The notes under the pieces: generated by a model | Database searches by the model: none | The model's input: the letters and a program-made list of their open reading frames with translations, nothing else | What the model was told of the DNA's origin: nothing | In this document: positions 41,505-50,373 of the stretch, piece by piece | Layout: each line of letters opens with the position of its first letter | Position numbering within the stretch: the first letter of the stretch is position 1 | Origin: Acidobacteriota bacterium | GTDB lineage: Bacteria; Acidobacteriota; Blastocatellia; RBC074 | Reading direction: 5' to 3' | Length of the DNA: 64,000 nt | Assembly: GCA_022072205.1 (NCBI GenBank) | Contig: JAJVID010000143.1 | Coordinates: 727 to 64,726, forward strand | Made by a program: the position numbers and the translations under genes

Positions 41505-42373
41505 TTTTGTTACGCTCGATTTTAAGAGGAGCAAGCCGGGCGCCAGAGAAGCTGAATAATGAGCACTCTGCCGTAAGGCCTATGTTTATTGGCATTTCCC
41601 ACGTTTTAACTCTTTCGGCGGTCTTTTCCGACGATCATACGGCCAGACAAAAGCGTAGCTTTCGCCTGACAGAATCACATTTTTGTAGCGATTATCAGCG
41701 CTGCTCACCATCCCAGAAGGCGCTCAGCAAGTGAAAAACGCGCGCAAACTCGACAGTTTACGCTGCGTTCACCAAGCGACTTCTGATCCAGAGACTCGCA
41801 ATGGAAAAGACGGAAATTTGGACGCGGACAAAATTGTAGTTCTGGCTGGAGCAATCAACATTTATGTCGGATAGATTTTGAGGGAGGAACAGACAAATCA
41901 GAATTTATGTCACGAGGAGTTGCGGTGAAAATCGCGGGAGTTGTCCATGCTTCAGCCCAGCAAATCCACTTGCGGATAGAGAACCCACAGGCTGGCGCGG
42001 CGGCGTGTGGCGCGGATTTGGCGGCGCGTTTGGCGCGAGCGCGTTCGGCGGCGACTGTCTTCACGAGGGCGGTTGATGATTTTTGCGGGCGCTGTTTGAC
42101 GTTGTCAGCGAGGGCTAGACAAGCGAACAGAATGGCGCTGATGGTCAGGATGTGGCGCGGGCGCAGTTTTCATGAGGTTGCTCCGTGATGTGTTTCGTCA
42201 TCTGAGTCTGTCTTTGAGTCTTTACACCAGCCTGGGCGTTGAGCTTGCTGCCGGGAGTTCCGGTTTGGGCGTTTCAATACGTCTTATCGGTCAGAACAGG
42301 TGGTCTCATGATCTATATGCGCGAAACGGGGTGAAATGTCGCACGCCGCGAAAAATATTTTTTCAGCCTTTGC

Positions 42374-43525
42374 TCAATAAATAATCGTGAAGCCGCCGCC
42401 GGCTTCGGCGACGACCGTCGCCAGTCCCCAGACGGGCACGCCCTGCGCCACGCCCATCTCTCCGGCGGGTTTGCCGTTTTTATCGAAGACCTGCCACGCC
42501 AGCGAGCCGCCTTTCTTCCAGCCTGTGCCTTCCGTCCAGACCAGTATCGTTTCGCCGCGCGCGTTTGTCGCAATCGCCGGGTGTTTGCGCTTGCCGGTCG
42601 GAGCGGGCGCGGGCGTAGCCGATGATTTTTGCGGTGAATTAATCGCGCCGAAGTAGACCTGGCCGTTGTTTTCCCAGGCGGCCAACGTTTGTTTGTCGCT
42701 GTTCACGGTCATCGTCGCGCTGCTCATCGGGCATGTGGTCAGATGCCAGTTGTCCAGCCGCGTTCCGCGAAAGCTCTTGCCTTTGTCGGTCGAAGTCAGC
42801 AGAAACATTCCGCGTTCGCTCATATTCGTCGCGGTGCGGTAAAGCAGATGAAGCGCGCCGCGCGGGTCAACGAAAGCGCGCATCCCGCAACACCCGCAAG
42901 CGCCGGTCTCACCGGCGAACGCGGCTGCCTCTCGCGCGAACGTCTTGCCTTCGTCGGTCGAGAGCGCCAGCCAGACGCGGCGATGCTCTTCGCCTTTCTG
43001 ATTGCCTGCGCCGTGCCACGCGACGTAAACATCGCCCGCGCTGTCCGCCGCCACCGTCCCGCCGCCATCAAGCGCGTGGCTGATCTGCATCAGGTTGCGC
43101 TGGGCTTCAAAGGCGGTCTTCGCGTCGTTCATTCGCGCGTAAAGCATCGGGGCGGAATTTTCAGGGCCGCGCGGCGCGGCGCTGTTCGATCCGTTCCAGG
43201 CCACGTGGACGCGCCCGTTTTTGCCGATGGCGATCTGCGCGCCGCGTATTGTGCCGATGGCGACGGCGCTGCCCGGTTGGCTGTTGACGCGGATCGGCGA
43301 TGAAAAGTCTTTTTTGCCCGGCTCTCGACGGACGTAGAAGATATCGCCCGCGCTCGGTTCACCTGCGAAGTAAATCAGATGGAGCGTGCCCCCCGCATCC
43401 GTCACGGCCTGCGGCTGAATCCCGCCGTTCGGCGGGTGAATCAGATTCACTTTTATCGAGCTGCTCGCCGACGCGAGCGGCCATGTGGCTACAACCATCA
43501 ACAAACATAGGTGAACGAATTTCAT
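42374..43525 (-). CDS. secreted BNR/Asp-box beta-propeller (sialidase-like fold) protein with CxCC...CP motif
   Basis: ATG 43523-43525 with AAGGAG SD. Signal peptide MKFVHLCLLMVVATWPLASA, Asp-boxes (STDEGKTF, STDKGKSF), and ACGCCG-x51-CP. Confidence 0.75.
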   Translation of the reverse strand: MKFVHLCLLMVVATWPLASASSSIKVNLIHPPNGGIQPQAVTDAGGTLHLIYFAGEPSAGDIFYVRREPGKKDFSSPIRVNSQPGSAVAIGTIRGAQIAIGKNGRVHVAWNGSNSAAPRGPENSAPMLYARMNDAKTAFEAQRNLMQISHALDGGGTVAADSAGDVYVAWHGAGNQKGEEHRRVWLALSTDEGKTFAREAAAFAGETGACGCCGMRAFVDPRGALHLLYRTATNMSERGMFLLTSTDKGKSFRGTRLDNWHLTTCPMSSATMTVNSDKQTLAAWENNGQVYFGAINSPQKSSATPAPAPTGKRKHPAIATNARGETILVWTEGTGWKKGGSLAWQVFDKNGKPAGEMGVAQGVPVWGLATVVAEAGGGFTIIY

Positions 43526-43542
43526 AATGTCTCCTTGAAAAA

Positions 43543-43624
43543 GGGCATGGAGTTCAAGCTTTAGCTTGTGACCGCCATCTTCGGGCGACTCAAAGCCGCA
43601 AGCTGAAGCTTGAACTCCATGCCC
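43543..43624 (-). terminator. long stem-loop between the two BNR genes
   Basis: gggcatggagttcaagctt (43543-43561) pairs with aagcttgaactccatgccc (43606-43624), a 19-bp perfect stem that extends imperfectly. T-runs lie on both sides. Confidence 0.5.
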
Positions 43625-43668
43625 TTTTTTATTGTTCCAGAGCGTCGCCAAGCGACATGGGCGACTCC

Positions 43669-44868
43669 TTACGGTAGCGGCATTGTGGCTGTGAAAACAC
43701 GAGCGCCAGTCCAGGCGAAGACCAGCGTATTTCCGGCGCGAACCATCTGCGGAAAGCCGTTGGAGCGGGCCGTGCCGGAAGGCGCGACAGTGATGGATTG
43801 GTCGCGCTTGCCGTCCGGCTTCACGCGGCGGACGCGAACTTCGCCGCCGCCGGACAGTTTCTCCAGCCAGCAGACCATCGCGCTTCCGTCCGCCAGCAAC
43901 AGAACATCCACGCGGCCCACTGGCGCGCCGTCATCCACAATGACAGACTCGTTGAAGGTCTCGCCGGCGTCGTCGGAGAAAGCCAGCTTCACGCGCGGAG
44001 CGCCGCCAGCAACAGTGAACCAGGCCACCGCCACGCGGCGACCGGAAGCCGCCACAGCAGGCCCGTTCACGGGGCACCCGTTGAGTTGCCAGCCGTCTTG
44101 CGCGACCGAACGCGGCTGGCTCCACTTTCCGTCCTTCAATCGAATCACCGAGATGTCGCGGATCTCCTGATCCGAACGATCACGATAAACTACGACAGGC
44201 CCGTCGGCGGTCATCGCAGCCGAAGTCTGGCAACATTCACACACCTTTGCATCCAGCGAGGCTTCATCGGCCATCGAGCCATCGCGTTTGATCTTCGCAT
44301 AACGCAAAGTCATGTTGCCGTGACCGTGATCGCCTGCGCCCGCTTTCATCTCGCGTCCGTCCAGCCACACCGCCGCCAATGAATTGTCCTTTGCGGGAAA
44401 GAGGGAAACGAAGCCGTGCTCGGTCTGTGTGCCGTCGCGATGCGGGACGAAAGGCTTGCTCCACGTTTTGCCGCCGTCGAAAGACCGCGAGATGTTGACA
44501 TCGTAGGCGTAAGTCCCCGTCCCGCTCCTGACCAGCCAATGCGCCGCCAGCGAGCCATCGGGCAGCGCGATCATCGAAGGGAAGTCGGCCCAGTTGACGA
44601 ACCAGTTCGAGCCTTCGGCGATGACGCGCGGCGCCGACCATTCATACTTTTCCGGAGCGGCTTTTTCCAGCGTGGCGAAGCGGAGCGAGAAACGCCCTTC
44701 ACCCAATCGCTCGATCCAACTCAAATGCGCGCGGCCATCAGGCGAGACGGTCAGATTGGGTTGACCGCTGCCCGCTCCGGCTGGCGATGGCAGTTCTCGC
44801 GTTTGCGCAAGGACCGAAATCGGGAACAGCAAAAAGCTGGCAACCACGCCGATTCGTAATCTGTTCAT
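43669..44868 (-). CDS. secreted BNR/Asp-box beta-propeller (sialidase-like fold) protein with CxCC...CP motif
   Basis: Signal peptide [22 protein letters not shown], Asp-boxes ([23 protein letters not shown]), and VCECCQ-x51-CP. Confidence 0.75.
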   Translation of the reverse strand: MNRLRIGVVASFLLFPISVLAQTRELPSPAGAGSGQPNLTVSPDGRAHLSWIERLGEGRFSLRFATLEKAAPEKYEWSAPRVIAEGSNWFVNWADFPSMIALPDGSLAAHWLVRSGTGTYAYDVNISRSFDGGKTWSKPFVPHRDGTQTEHGFVSLFPAKDNSLAAVWLDGREMKAGAGDHGHGNMTLRYAKIKRDGSMADEASLDAKVCECCQTSAAMTADGPVVVYRDRSDQEIRDISVIRLKDGKWSQPRSVAQDGWQLNGCPVNGPAVAASGRRVAVAWFTVAGGAPRVKLAFSDDAGETFNESVIVDDGAPVGRVDVLLLADGSAMVCWLEKLSGGGEVRVRRVKPDGKRDQSITVAPSGTARSNGFPQMVRAGNTLVFAWTGARVFTATMPLP

Positions 44869-44874
44869 ATCGGA

Positions 44875-46428
44875 TTAGCCTCCGTGTTTGTGTTGATGCG
44901 AGTCCTGTTTGGCGGGCCACTTCGGCCCCGGTTCATATTTGCCTTCTTTGATGAGCGCCATCATTCGATCATATTTTTCCGCCGGGAGCACGCGCGCCAG
45001 CGTCATCATTCCCATCATCGAACCCGTCCAGCCTTCGGGCAACCACGACGTTTCGGGCTTGGCGACTTCAGCGTCCATTGTCATCCACATATCCTGCGGA
45101 TAACCGGGCACTCGTTTCTGCCTGCCTGTTTTTTGCAAGACCAAAGTCATTCCGCATTTCGGGCAATTGCCAGGCTTGTCGGATTTGACTTCGGGATGCA
45201 TCGGGCAGGAGTAAACCGCTTGCTGGCCGACGGCGTTCGACGTTTGTTGTTCGAGCGGGATGCCGGTCGTGCGGCCCAGCGACGGGCCTAAATCTTCCGA
45301 CAGCGCGCCGCCTTTCGAGACGATTCCCATTCCTTCTTCCATCCCGCGCCCGGTTTGAATCCCGTGTCCGCCGTGCGCCATCGGCCCGACCATCGAAACC
45401 ATCTGATTCATCATGTGGTGCGGCAAGTGGCAATGGAGCATCCAGTCGCCTTCGTATTTCGCCGTGAATTCAATGTCGCGCGCCTGCGCCACGCCGACCA
45501 GCACGGTGTTGCCGGGATACCAGGTTGATTCGGGCGAGCGCCCGCCTTCAGTCCCGGTGACGACGAACTGTTGCCCGTGCAGGTGCATCGGATGATGATC
45601 CATCCCCAGATTGACCAGCCGGATTCGCACGCGCTCGCCCTGTTTGACGATCATCGGCGTGGTGGCCGGCCCGGCCTTGCCGTTCATCGTCAGCCAGTTG
45701 AACTCCATCGCCAGCGTGTTCGGCACTGTGTTGTTCGGCAATATCGCCCACTCCTGCAGGATGAAGGCGAAGTCCTTGTCCACGCGAGGCTCGTGCGGGG
45801 TTTTCGGATGGACGATGAACAGCCCGATCATTCCCAGCATCTCCTGCATGGCCATGTGCGAGTGATAAAAGAACGTGCCGTTTTGATTGATCGTGAATTC
45901 GTAGGTGTACGTTTCGCCCGGCATGATCAGCGGTTGTCCGATGCCCGGAACTCCGTCTTGCGACGGCGGCACTTCCAATCCGTGCCAATGCGGCGTTGTC
46001 GGCTCCGGCAGATTGTTGGTGAAAAGTATCCGCACGCGGTCACCTTCCACAATTTCGATTGTCGGCCCCGGACAACTGCCGTTGTAGCCCCACACGTCAA
46101 CGATGCGGGCGTCGGCCCACGAAGCTTTCGGCAGAAATTCAACACGCACCGGTTCGGCGATCAGATGGAAAACTTTCACTCCGTTTTCAATCTTGAACGG
46201 CAACTTCGGCAGATCGGGAGCGTGGACGGGCAGGAAGCCCGATTCGCTCGCCGCCTGAGTTTGCGCCTGATTGTTCGGAGTTTGCGTGACGGCCTTCGCA
46301 GGCGTGTGATCGTGTTGTTGATGCTCGGCCTGAGCAGGCTTTGTTTGTTGCTGCCCGCTGGCCGATTGGCTGGCCAGCATGCCAGCGCCCAGTAATGATG
46401 TTCGACGAAGAAAATTGCGACGATTCAT
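44875..46428 (-). CDS. Tat-exported multicopper oxidase with C-terminal heavy-metal-binding zinc-ribbon-like module
   Basis: Twin-arginine signal MNRRNFLRR, copper ligand motifs HWHG and HCHLPHHMMNQM, then YSCPMHPEVKSDKPGNCPKCGM and Met/His-rich segments. Confidence 0.88.
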   Translation of the reverse strand: MNRRNFLRRTSLLGAGMLASQSASGQQQTKPAQAEHQQHDHTPAKAVTQTPNNQAQTQAASESGFLPVHAPDLPKLPFKIENGVKVFHLIAEPVRVEFLPKASWADARIVDVWGYNGSCPGPTIEIVEGDRVRILFTNNLPEPTTPHWHGLEVPPSQDGVPGIGQPLIMPGETYTYEFTINQNGTFFYHSHMAMQEMLGMIGLFIVHPKTPHEPRVDKDFAFILQEWAILPNNTVPNTLAMEFNWLTMNGKAGPATTPMIVKQGERVRIRLVNLGMDHHPMHLHGQQFVVTGTEGGRSPESTWYPGNTVLVGVAQARDIEFTAKYEGDWMLHCHLPHHMMNQMVSMVGPMAHGGHGIQTGRGMEEGMGIVSKGGALSEDLGPSLGRTTGIPLEQQTSNAVGQQAVYSCPMHPEVKSDKPGNCPKCGMTLVLQKTGRQKRVPGYPQDMWMTMDAEVAKPETSWLPEGWTGSMMGMMTLARVLPAEKYDRMMALIKEGKYEPGPKWPAKQDSHQHKHGG

Positions 46429-46493
46429 GAATTTACCTCACTGAGTCTGTGTCTCTGTGGCAAGTCCTGTGTTCAAAAGTTGTGAGACCTGTT

Positions 46494-47918
46494 TTAGTCA
46501 TTCGGCAGCACCAACGGCGGCCTGACTCGCCCTGTGTTTCCCATGCCCGACGCCTCGCCCGCCGCCGGGCCTGGCGCCTCAAGCCCGCCCGTCAAAAGCA
46601 ACCCGCGCAACAGCGTGACGTTCTGCCACACGTCAATTAAAGAATTGACGTATTCGGCTCGCGCCTGAAACAGCGTGCGCTGCGCGATCAACGCCTGCGG
46701 ATAAGCAGCGGCCATCTGGCGGAATTTCGTCAGGTACAGTTCGTAAGCCCGCTGCGCTCGCGGCAGGATTTCGCGCTTGTAGCGTGCGGCCACGCCGATT
46801 GAATTCAGATAAACGGTGAACGCGTCGGCCAATCGCGCGCGCAGTTCGAGTTCGACGCGCTGCAACTCTTTTTCGGCGCTCGTCAAATCGGCCCTGGCGG
46901 CGGCGACATTGCCCTGGTTGCGGTCGAAGATCGGCACGCGTATCCCGACTCCGAAACTGCCTTCCCAGCCGGTCTTGCCGCCGAAGAATTCGGCGAAATC
47001 ATTGCTGTGCCCGATTCTGCCGAAGACGAACACGTCCGGCTTAGGTTCGGCTTTCGCGCGCGCGATCACGGCCTTTGCGCGCTCGACGCCGGCCATCGCG
47101 GCTTTGATTTCCGGACTTTCGCGCAGGAGTTGCGCGAGCATGTCTTCCTGGTTGAGCATCGGCGCGTCCGCTTCGAGCGATCCGATGAGCCGCGTGGATT
47201 TTTGATCCGCAGCCAATCGAGGATTGTTGACGACCGCCGCCAGCACTTTCCATATACGCGCCAGATCGTTTTCGGCCTGCATCAGATCAATCTCCGCGCG
47301 CTGCGATTCGACTTCGGTGAAGAGCACGTCGGGGCTGTCGGATTGGCCGACGTTGAAAAGCTCTTCGGAAATACCCACCGCCTCGCGCGTCAGATCGAGC
47401 AATTGCTTGCGCAGTTCAACCATCCGCTGCGCGCCGAGGACTTCGTAATAAAGCATCCGCACGGCGTTCAGCACGCGCCAGCGCTGCGCTTCGGCCTGAG
47501 CCTCGGTTTGATCTTTTTCTCGCGCGGCGATGTTTTTATTCTTGCCCAGCTTGCCGAACGTGACGATGTTCTGTTCAAAGAAAGCGTAATGGGCAGCGCG
47601 GAATTGCCGCACCACGTCGTTGAAGGCCAGCCCTTCGTTTTCGTAGCCGACAAGCGGGTTGGGCCACAGTCCCGCCTGTTTGCGGCGGCCTTCGGCTGCG
47701 CGGACAGCGGCTTCGGCCTGCGCCATCGTCGGATTGTTGGCGAGCGCCATCCGCTCCAGGTCATCCAGGCTCAGCGTGGCGCCGCCCGAAGTGGTTTGCG
47801 GTTTTGTTTGCGTCGAAGCTTGTGAGTGATCGTGTTGTTGCGCCTTTAAATCAAGAGCAGAGCAGACAACCGCAAGCGCTCCGGCAAGGAGCGATGCGGC
47901 GAAATTTTTAAACTTCAT
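46494..47918 (-). CDS. TolC family outer membrane efflux protein
   Basis: Signal peptide and two-repeat coiled-coil/barrel pattern typical of outer membrane factor (OMF) proteins (CusC/CzcC-like). Confidence 0.82.
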   Translation of the reverse strand: MKFKNFAASLLAGALAVVCSALDLKAQQHDHSQASTQTKPQTTSGGATLSLDDLERMALANNPTMAQAEAAVRAAEGRRKQAGLWPNPLVGYENEGLAFNDVVRQFRAAHYAFFEQNIVTFGKLGKNKNIAAREKDQTEAQAEAQRWRVLNAVRMLYYEVLGAQRMVELRKQLLDLTREAVGISEELFNVGQSDSPDVLFTEVESQRAEIDLMQAENDLARIWKVLAAVVNNPRLAADQKSTRLIGSLEADAPMLNQEDMLAQLLRESPEIKAAMAGVERAKAVIARAKAEPKPDVFVFGRIGHSNDFAEFFGGKTGWEGSFGVGIRVPIFDRNQGNVAAARADLTSAEKELQRVELELRARLADAFTVYLNSIGVAARYKREILPRAQRAYELYLTKFRQMAAAYPQALIAQRTLFQARAEYVNSLIDVWQNVTLLRGLLLTGGLEAPGPAAGEASGMGNTGRVRPPLVLPND

Positions 47919-48048
47919 TACCAGACTCCGTGTGAGTTACGGCGGTTCGGCGCCGGTAGCCGAACCGAGTCGAATAAATGCGGATGAATGGAGACAAACT
48001 CCGGCCTCATCCGGCGAACCAGAAAGATTTTTGATTGAGAAGGTGGAT

Positions 48049-48570
48049 TTAAATTCTGATATTGAGTCGCCGCCCGCTGAATGGCGGCGAGTGCGGTTGG
48101 AAAGAGTGAGGCGAGACGCTTTGCGGCGATGATTCAATCAGCCAGAGCGGCTGATTCGGCGGGCTTGATGAGAGTTGAACCACCAGGCGCTGTTCGGGCG
48201 ATCTCTGCAACAGGGCGTCGAACGACTCTTCTTCCCGTTTGACGCTGCAAGCGCAGAAGTGCGCGTTAATTGTGGAGGACGACCCTGCTTGATGATGGTT
48301 CTGATGATGCGCGGCTGTCGGGCGTTGAATTGTATTCGACGAACGTTGCTTGTGTTCTTGCGGCGTGGACTCTTTGGCGGCGTGCATCGGGCAATGGCCG
48401 CCTTCGATTTTTTCTTCCGTAGCTGGCTTGTAGTTGTCTTCTGTAGCCGTCGCGACGCTGTGATCCTTTCGATCCGGAGCCATGTCGCAACACACGCCGC
48501 CGCACAGCCCCGTCGTGACGAAAAGCTGTAAGGCAAGAAACGTCGTGATAATCAACTTAGCCGTTCGCAT
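48049..48570 (-). CDS. small exported Cys/His-rich hypothetical protein (putative metal-binding)
   Basis: N-terminal hydrophobic segment, then CGGVCCDM, GGHCPMH, HHQNHH and HFCACS motifs. First gene upstream of tolC. The extent of the C-terminal part is uncertain. Confidence 0.45.
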   Translation of the reverse strand: MRTAKLIITTFLALQLFVTTGLCGGVCCDMAPDRKDHSVATATEDNYKPATEEKIEGGHCPMHAAKESTPQEHKQRSSNTIQRPTAAHHQNHHQAGSSSTINAHFCACSVKREEESFDALLQRSPEQRLVVQLSSSPPNQPLWLIESSPQSVSPHSFQPHSPPFSGRRLNIRI

Positions 48571-48631
48571 CGCGGCGATTAAAGCAAATGGAAATCATGC
48601 AGGCAAGCCTGTAGCCCGGCTACTGACCCAT

Positions 48632-49579
48632 TTAATTCTTCTTCCACGCGACCTTGCCCATCGCGCGCCAGGTCGTCAGCTTGATGCCCAACTCTTTGAT
48701 CAGCGCTTCGATTTCGGGATCGGTGAACGACTGGTAGTCGGCGTAACGCTGCTCCCACGATCCGGTAGTCGCTTTCAATTCGGGATCGTTCATTCCCAGA
48801 TGCACGATCAGCATCGTCACGCCCGGTTTCAGATTCCGCAGGAAGTTTTTGTACGCTTCCTTGCGCTCGGCGAAGTTTTTGCCCCGCACGCCGGTGTTCA
48901 AATAATCGAGCATCGCAAAGCCGTCGGCCTCGACCTTCTTCAAAACATCTTCGGTGACCGGCGAGCCGATCATCTTGCCGTAGGCGATGGCTTCTGGCGT
49001 GGGGCGCATGACCATCACCGGGATGCCATATTCCTTGCCCAGCTTCGTGTAAACGTCGAAGAAATCCTTGCGCGTGTAAAGCGTGCCCATGTGCGTGTCC
49101 AGATGCGTCGGCTTGATGCCGAACTGCAGGGCGCGTTCGATCTGAGCGCGCAACTCGGTCTCGATCTCCTGCGGCGTGGCCTTCATCGCCGTCTGCCGCT
49201 CCGACCGCCACATATAGCCCTCTTCGTCGAGCAGGCCTTTGACTTTTTCCGGCGAAGCCACAGGCCGCCAGCGCAGATATTTCCACTCGCTGGTCAGCGT
49301 CAGGTGCAGTCCCAGATCAAGCTCCGGGCGCTCTTTCGCGTAAGCCGCGATTTCAGGAAACCAGGGACAGGGAACCATGATGCTGCCCGAAGTGACCATG
49401 CCTTTTTTGAACGCCTCGATAGACGCGACGTTGACCGAATGCGACATGCCGATGTCGTCGGCATGAACGATCAGGACTTTGTCGTTCGGGCCGTAACCGA
49501 GTTGTTGCGCGGTGGTCGTTTGCGCCATTGTAGAAGGTCTCAACAAAAACAAACCGAGCAGGATAAAGACTCTTTTCAT
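48632..49579 (-). CDS. ChbG/HpnK (YdjC-like) family carbohydrate deacetylase, secreted
   Basis: Signal peptide, then [39 protein letters not shown], typical of the YdjC family. Confidence 0.75.
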   Translation of the reverse strand: MKRVFILLGLFLLRPSTMAQTTTAQQLGYGPNDKVLIVHADDIGMSHSVNVASIEAFKKGMVTSGSIMVPCPWFPEIAAYAKERPELDLGLHLTLTSEWKYLRWRPVASPEKVKGLLDEEGYMWRSERQTAMKATPQEIETELRAQIERALQFGIKPTHLDTHMGTLYTRKDFFDVYTKLGKEYGIPVMVMRPTPEAIAYGKMIGSPVTEDVLKKVEADGFAMLDYLNTGVRGKNFAERKEAYKNFLRNLKPGVTMLIVHLGMNDPELKATTGSWEQRYADYQSFTDPEIEALIKELGIKLTTWRAMGKVAWKKN

Positions 49580-49607
49580 TATTGATTCTCACTTGATTCG
49601 GGGTTTT

Positions 49608-49958
49608 TCAAATAGGAACGTACTTGACCTGATTCTCAATTTCCTCAGGTTCGCTGCAGGCAATCAGTATTGCGAGTTCTTCGACAGCGGTTCCTATGGC
49701 CATATCCTCCGGCACGATGACGACACCAGCCATAGGCTTGCCATATCGTAAACGCTCGTTGGCGTATTTTGTAACGGTGTTGATGTCGTGGGTTATGATC
49801 ACGCGCTGATGTTCAGCCGCCCAGGCGAGCAGAACAGGATCACTCGCTCTCCCCAGTTCCGAGTCTTGAGCGATGATGTAATCGAGGTCGGGAACCAGTT
49901 GTTCAATTCCGCGCAGAATTCGGTGATTGAAATTCTCATCGAGCAGAATTCGGAGCAT
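49608..49958 (-). CDS. DUF5615 (PIN-like, Mut7-C-type) putative toxin
   Basis: MLRILLDENFNHRI...VIITHDINT pattern, located directly downstream of a DUF433 gene. Confidence 0.7.
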   Translation of the reverse strand: MLRILLDENFNHRILRGIEQLVPDLDYIIAQDSELGRASDPVLLAWAAEHQRVIITHDINTVTKYANERLRYGKPMAGVVIVPEDMAIGTAVEELAILIACSEPEEIENQVKYVPI

Positions 49959-49970
49959 AGGGCTAAGGCG

Positions 49971-50324
49971 TCATGAAGATTTAGCGAGTTGGGAGTTGCG
50001 CTCAAGGGCGCGTTTGCGAAGGCGTTCGCGGAAACCAATGGTGTCCTGGCCACTTTCGATTTCGCGCCTTATGGCTTCGCCCTCTTCTTTGCGCCATTCG
50101 AGATAAGCTTCGACTTCGGCTTCGTGTTCGAGATAGTAAGCGATGACGCCATAGATTTGCCACAACGAGAGCGAAGGAAAACCCTCTTGAATCTCCTGCG
50201 GCGTGTCGCCTCTCCTGAAAGCTCCGATGATCGTATCCAGCGTGATGCGCGATCCGGTTATGCGAACCGTGCCATCGCTTTCCTGAACGAGCGGCGGGGT
50301 TTGTATTAGATCAAGTTGGATCAT
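49971..50324 (-). CDS. DUF433 domain putative antitoxin
   Basis: Start at ATG 50322-50324. ITGSRITLDTIIGAFRRGDTPQEIQEGFPSLSLWQIYGVIAYYLEH matches the DUF433 pattern. Confidence 0.7.
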   Translation of the reverse strand: MIQLDLIQTPPLVQESDGTVRITGSRITLDTIIGAFRRGDTPQEIQEGFPSLSLWQIYGVIAYYLEHEAEVEAYLEWRKEEGEAIRREIESGQDTIGFRERLRKRALERNSQLAKSS

Positions 50325-50373
50325 AATGGCGTGATTATAGCTCAGAAACGTTTTCCTGCTAACATCAACGAGG

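Noticed and set aside
41855-42188. ORFs 41855-42064(-) and 41907-42188(+) as genes in their own right.
   Set aside because: They have weak or distant SDs, Ala/Arg-rich composition and mutual overlap. Only the frameshift-corrected minus-strand reading has a plausible signal peptide, and that is reported as a low-confidence finding.
42195-46470. Shared 11-mer ctgagtctgt(c/g)t at about 42200 and about 46441.
   Set aside because: It is a single short match and not clearly above chance in 128 kb of two-strand sequence. There is no further similarity around it.
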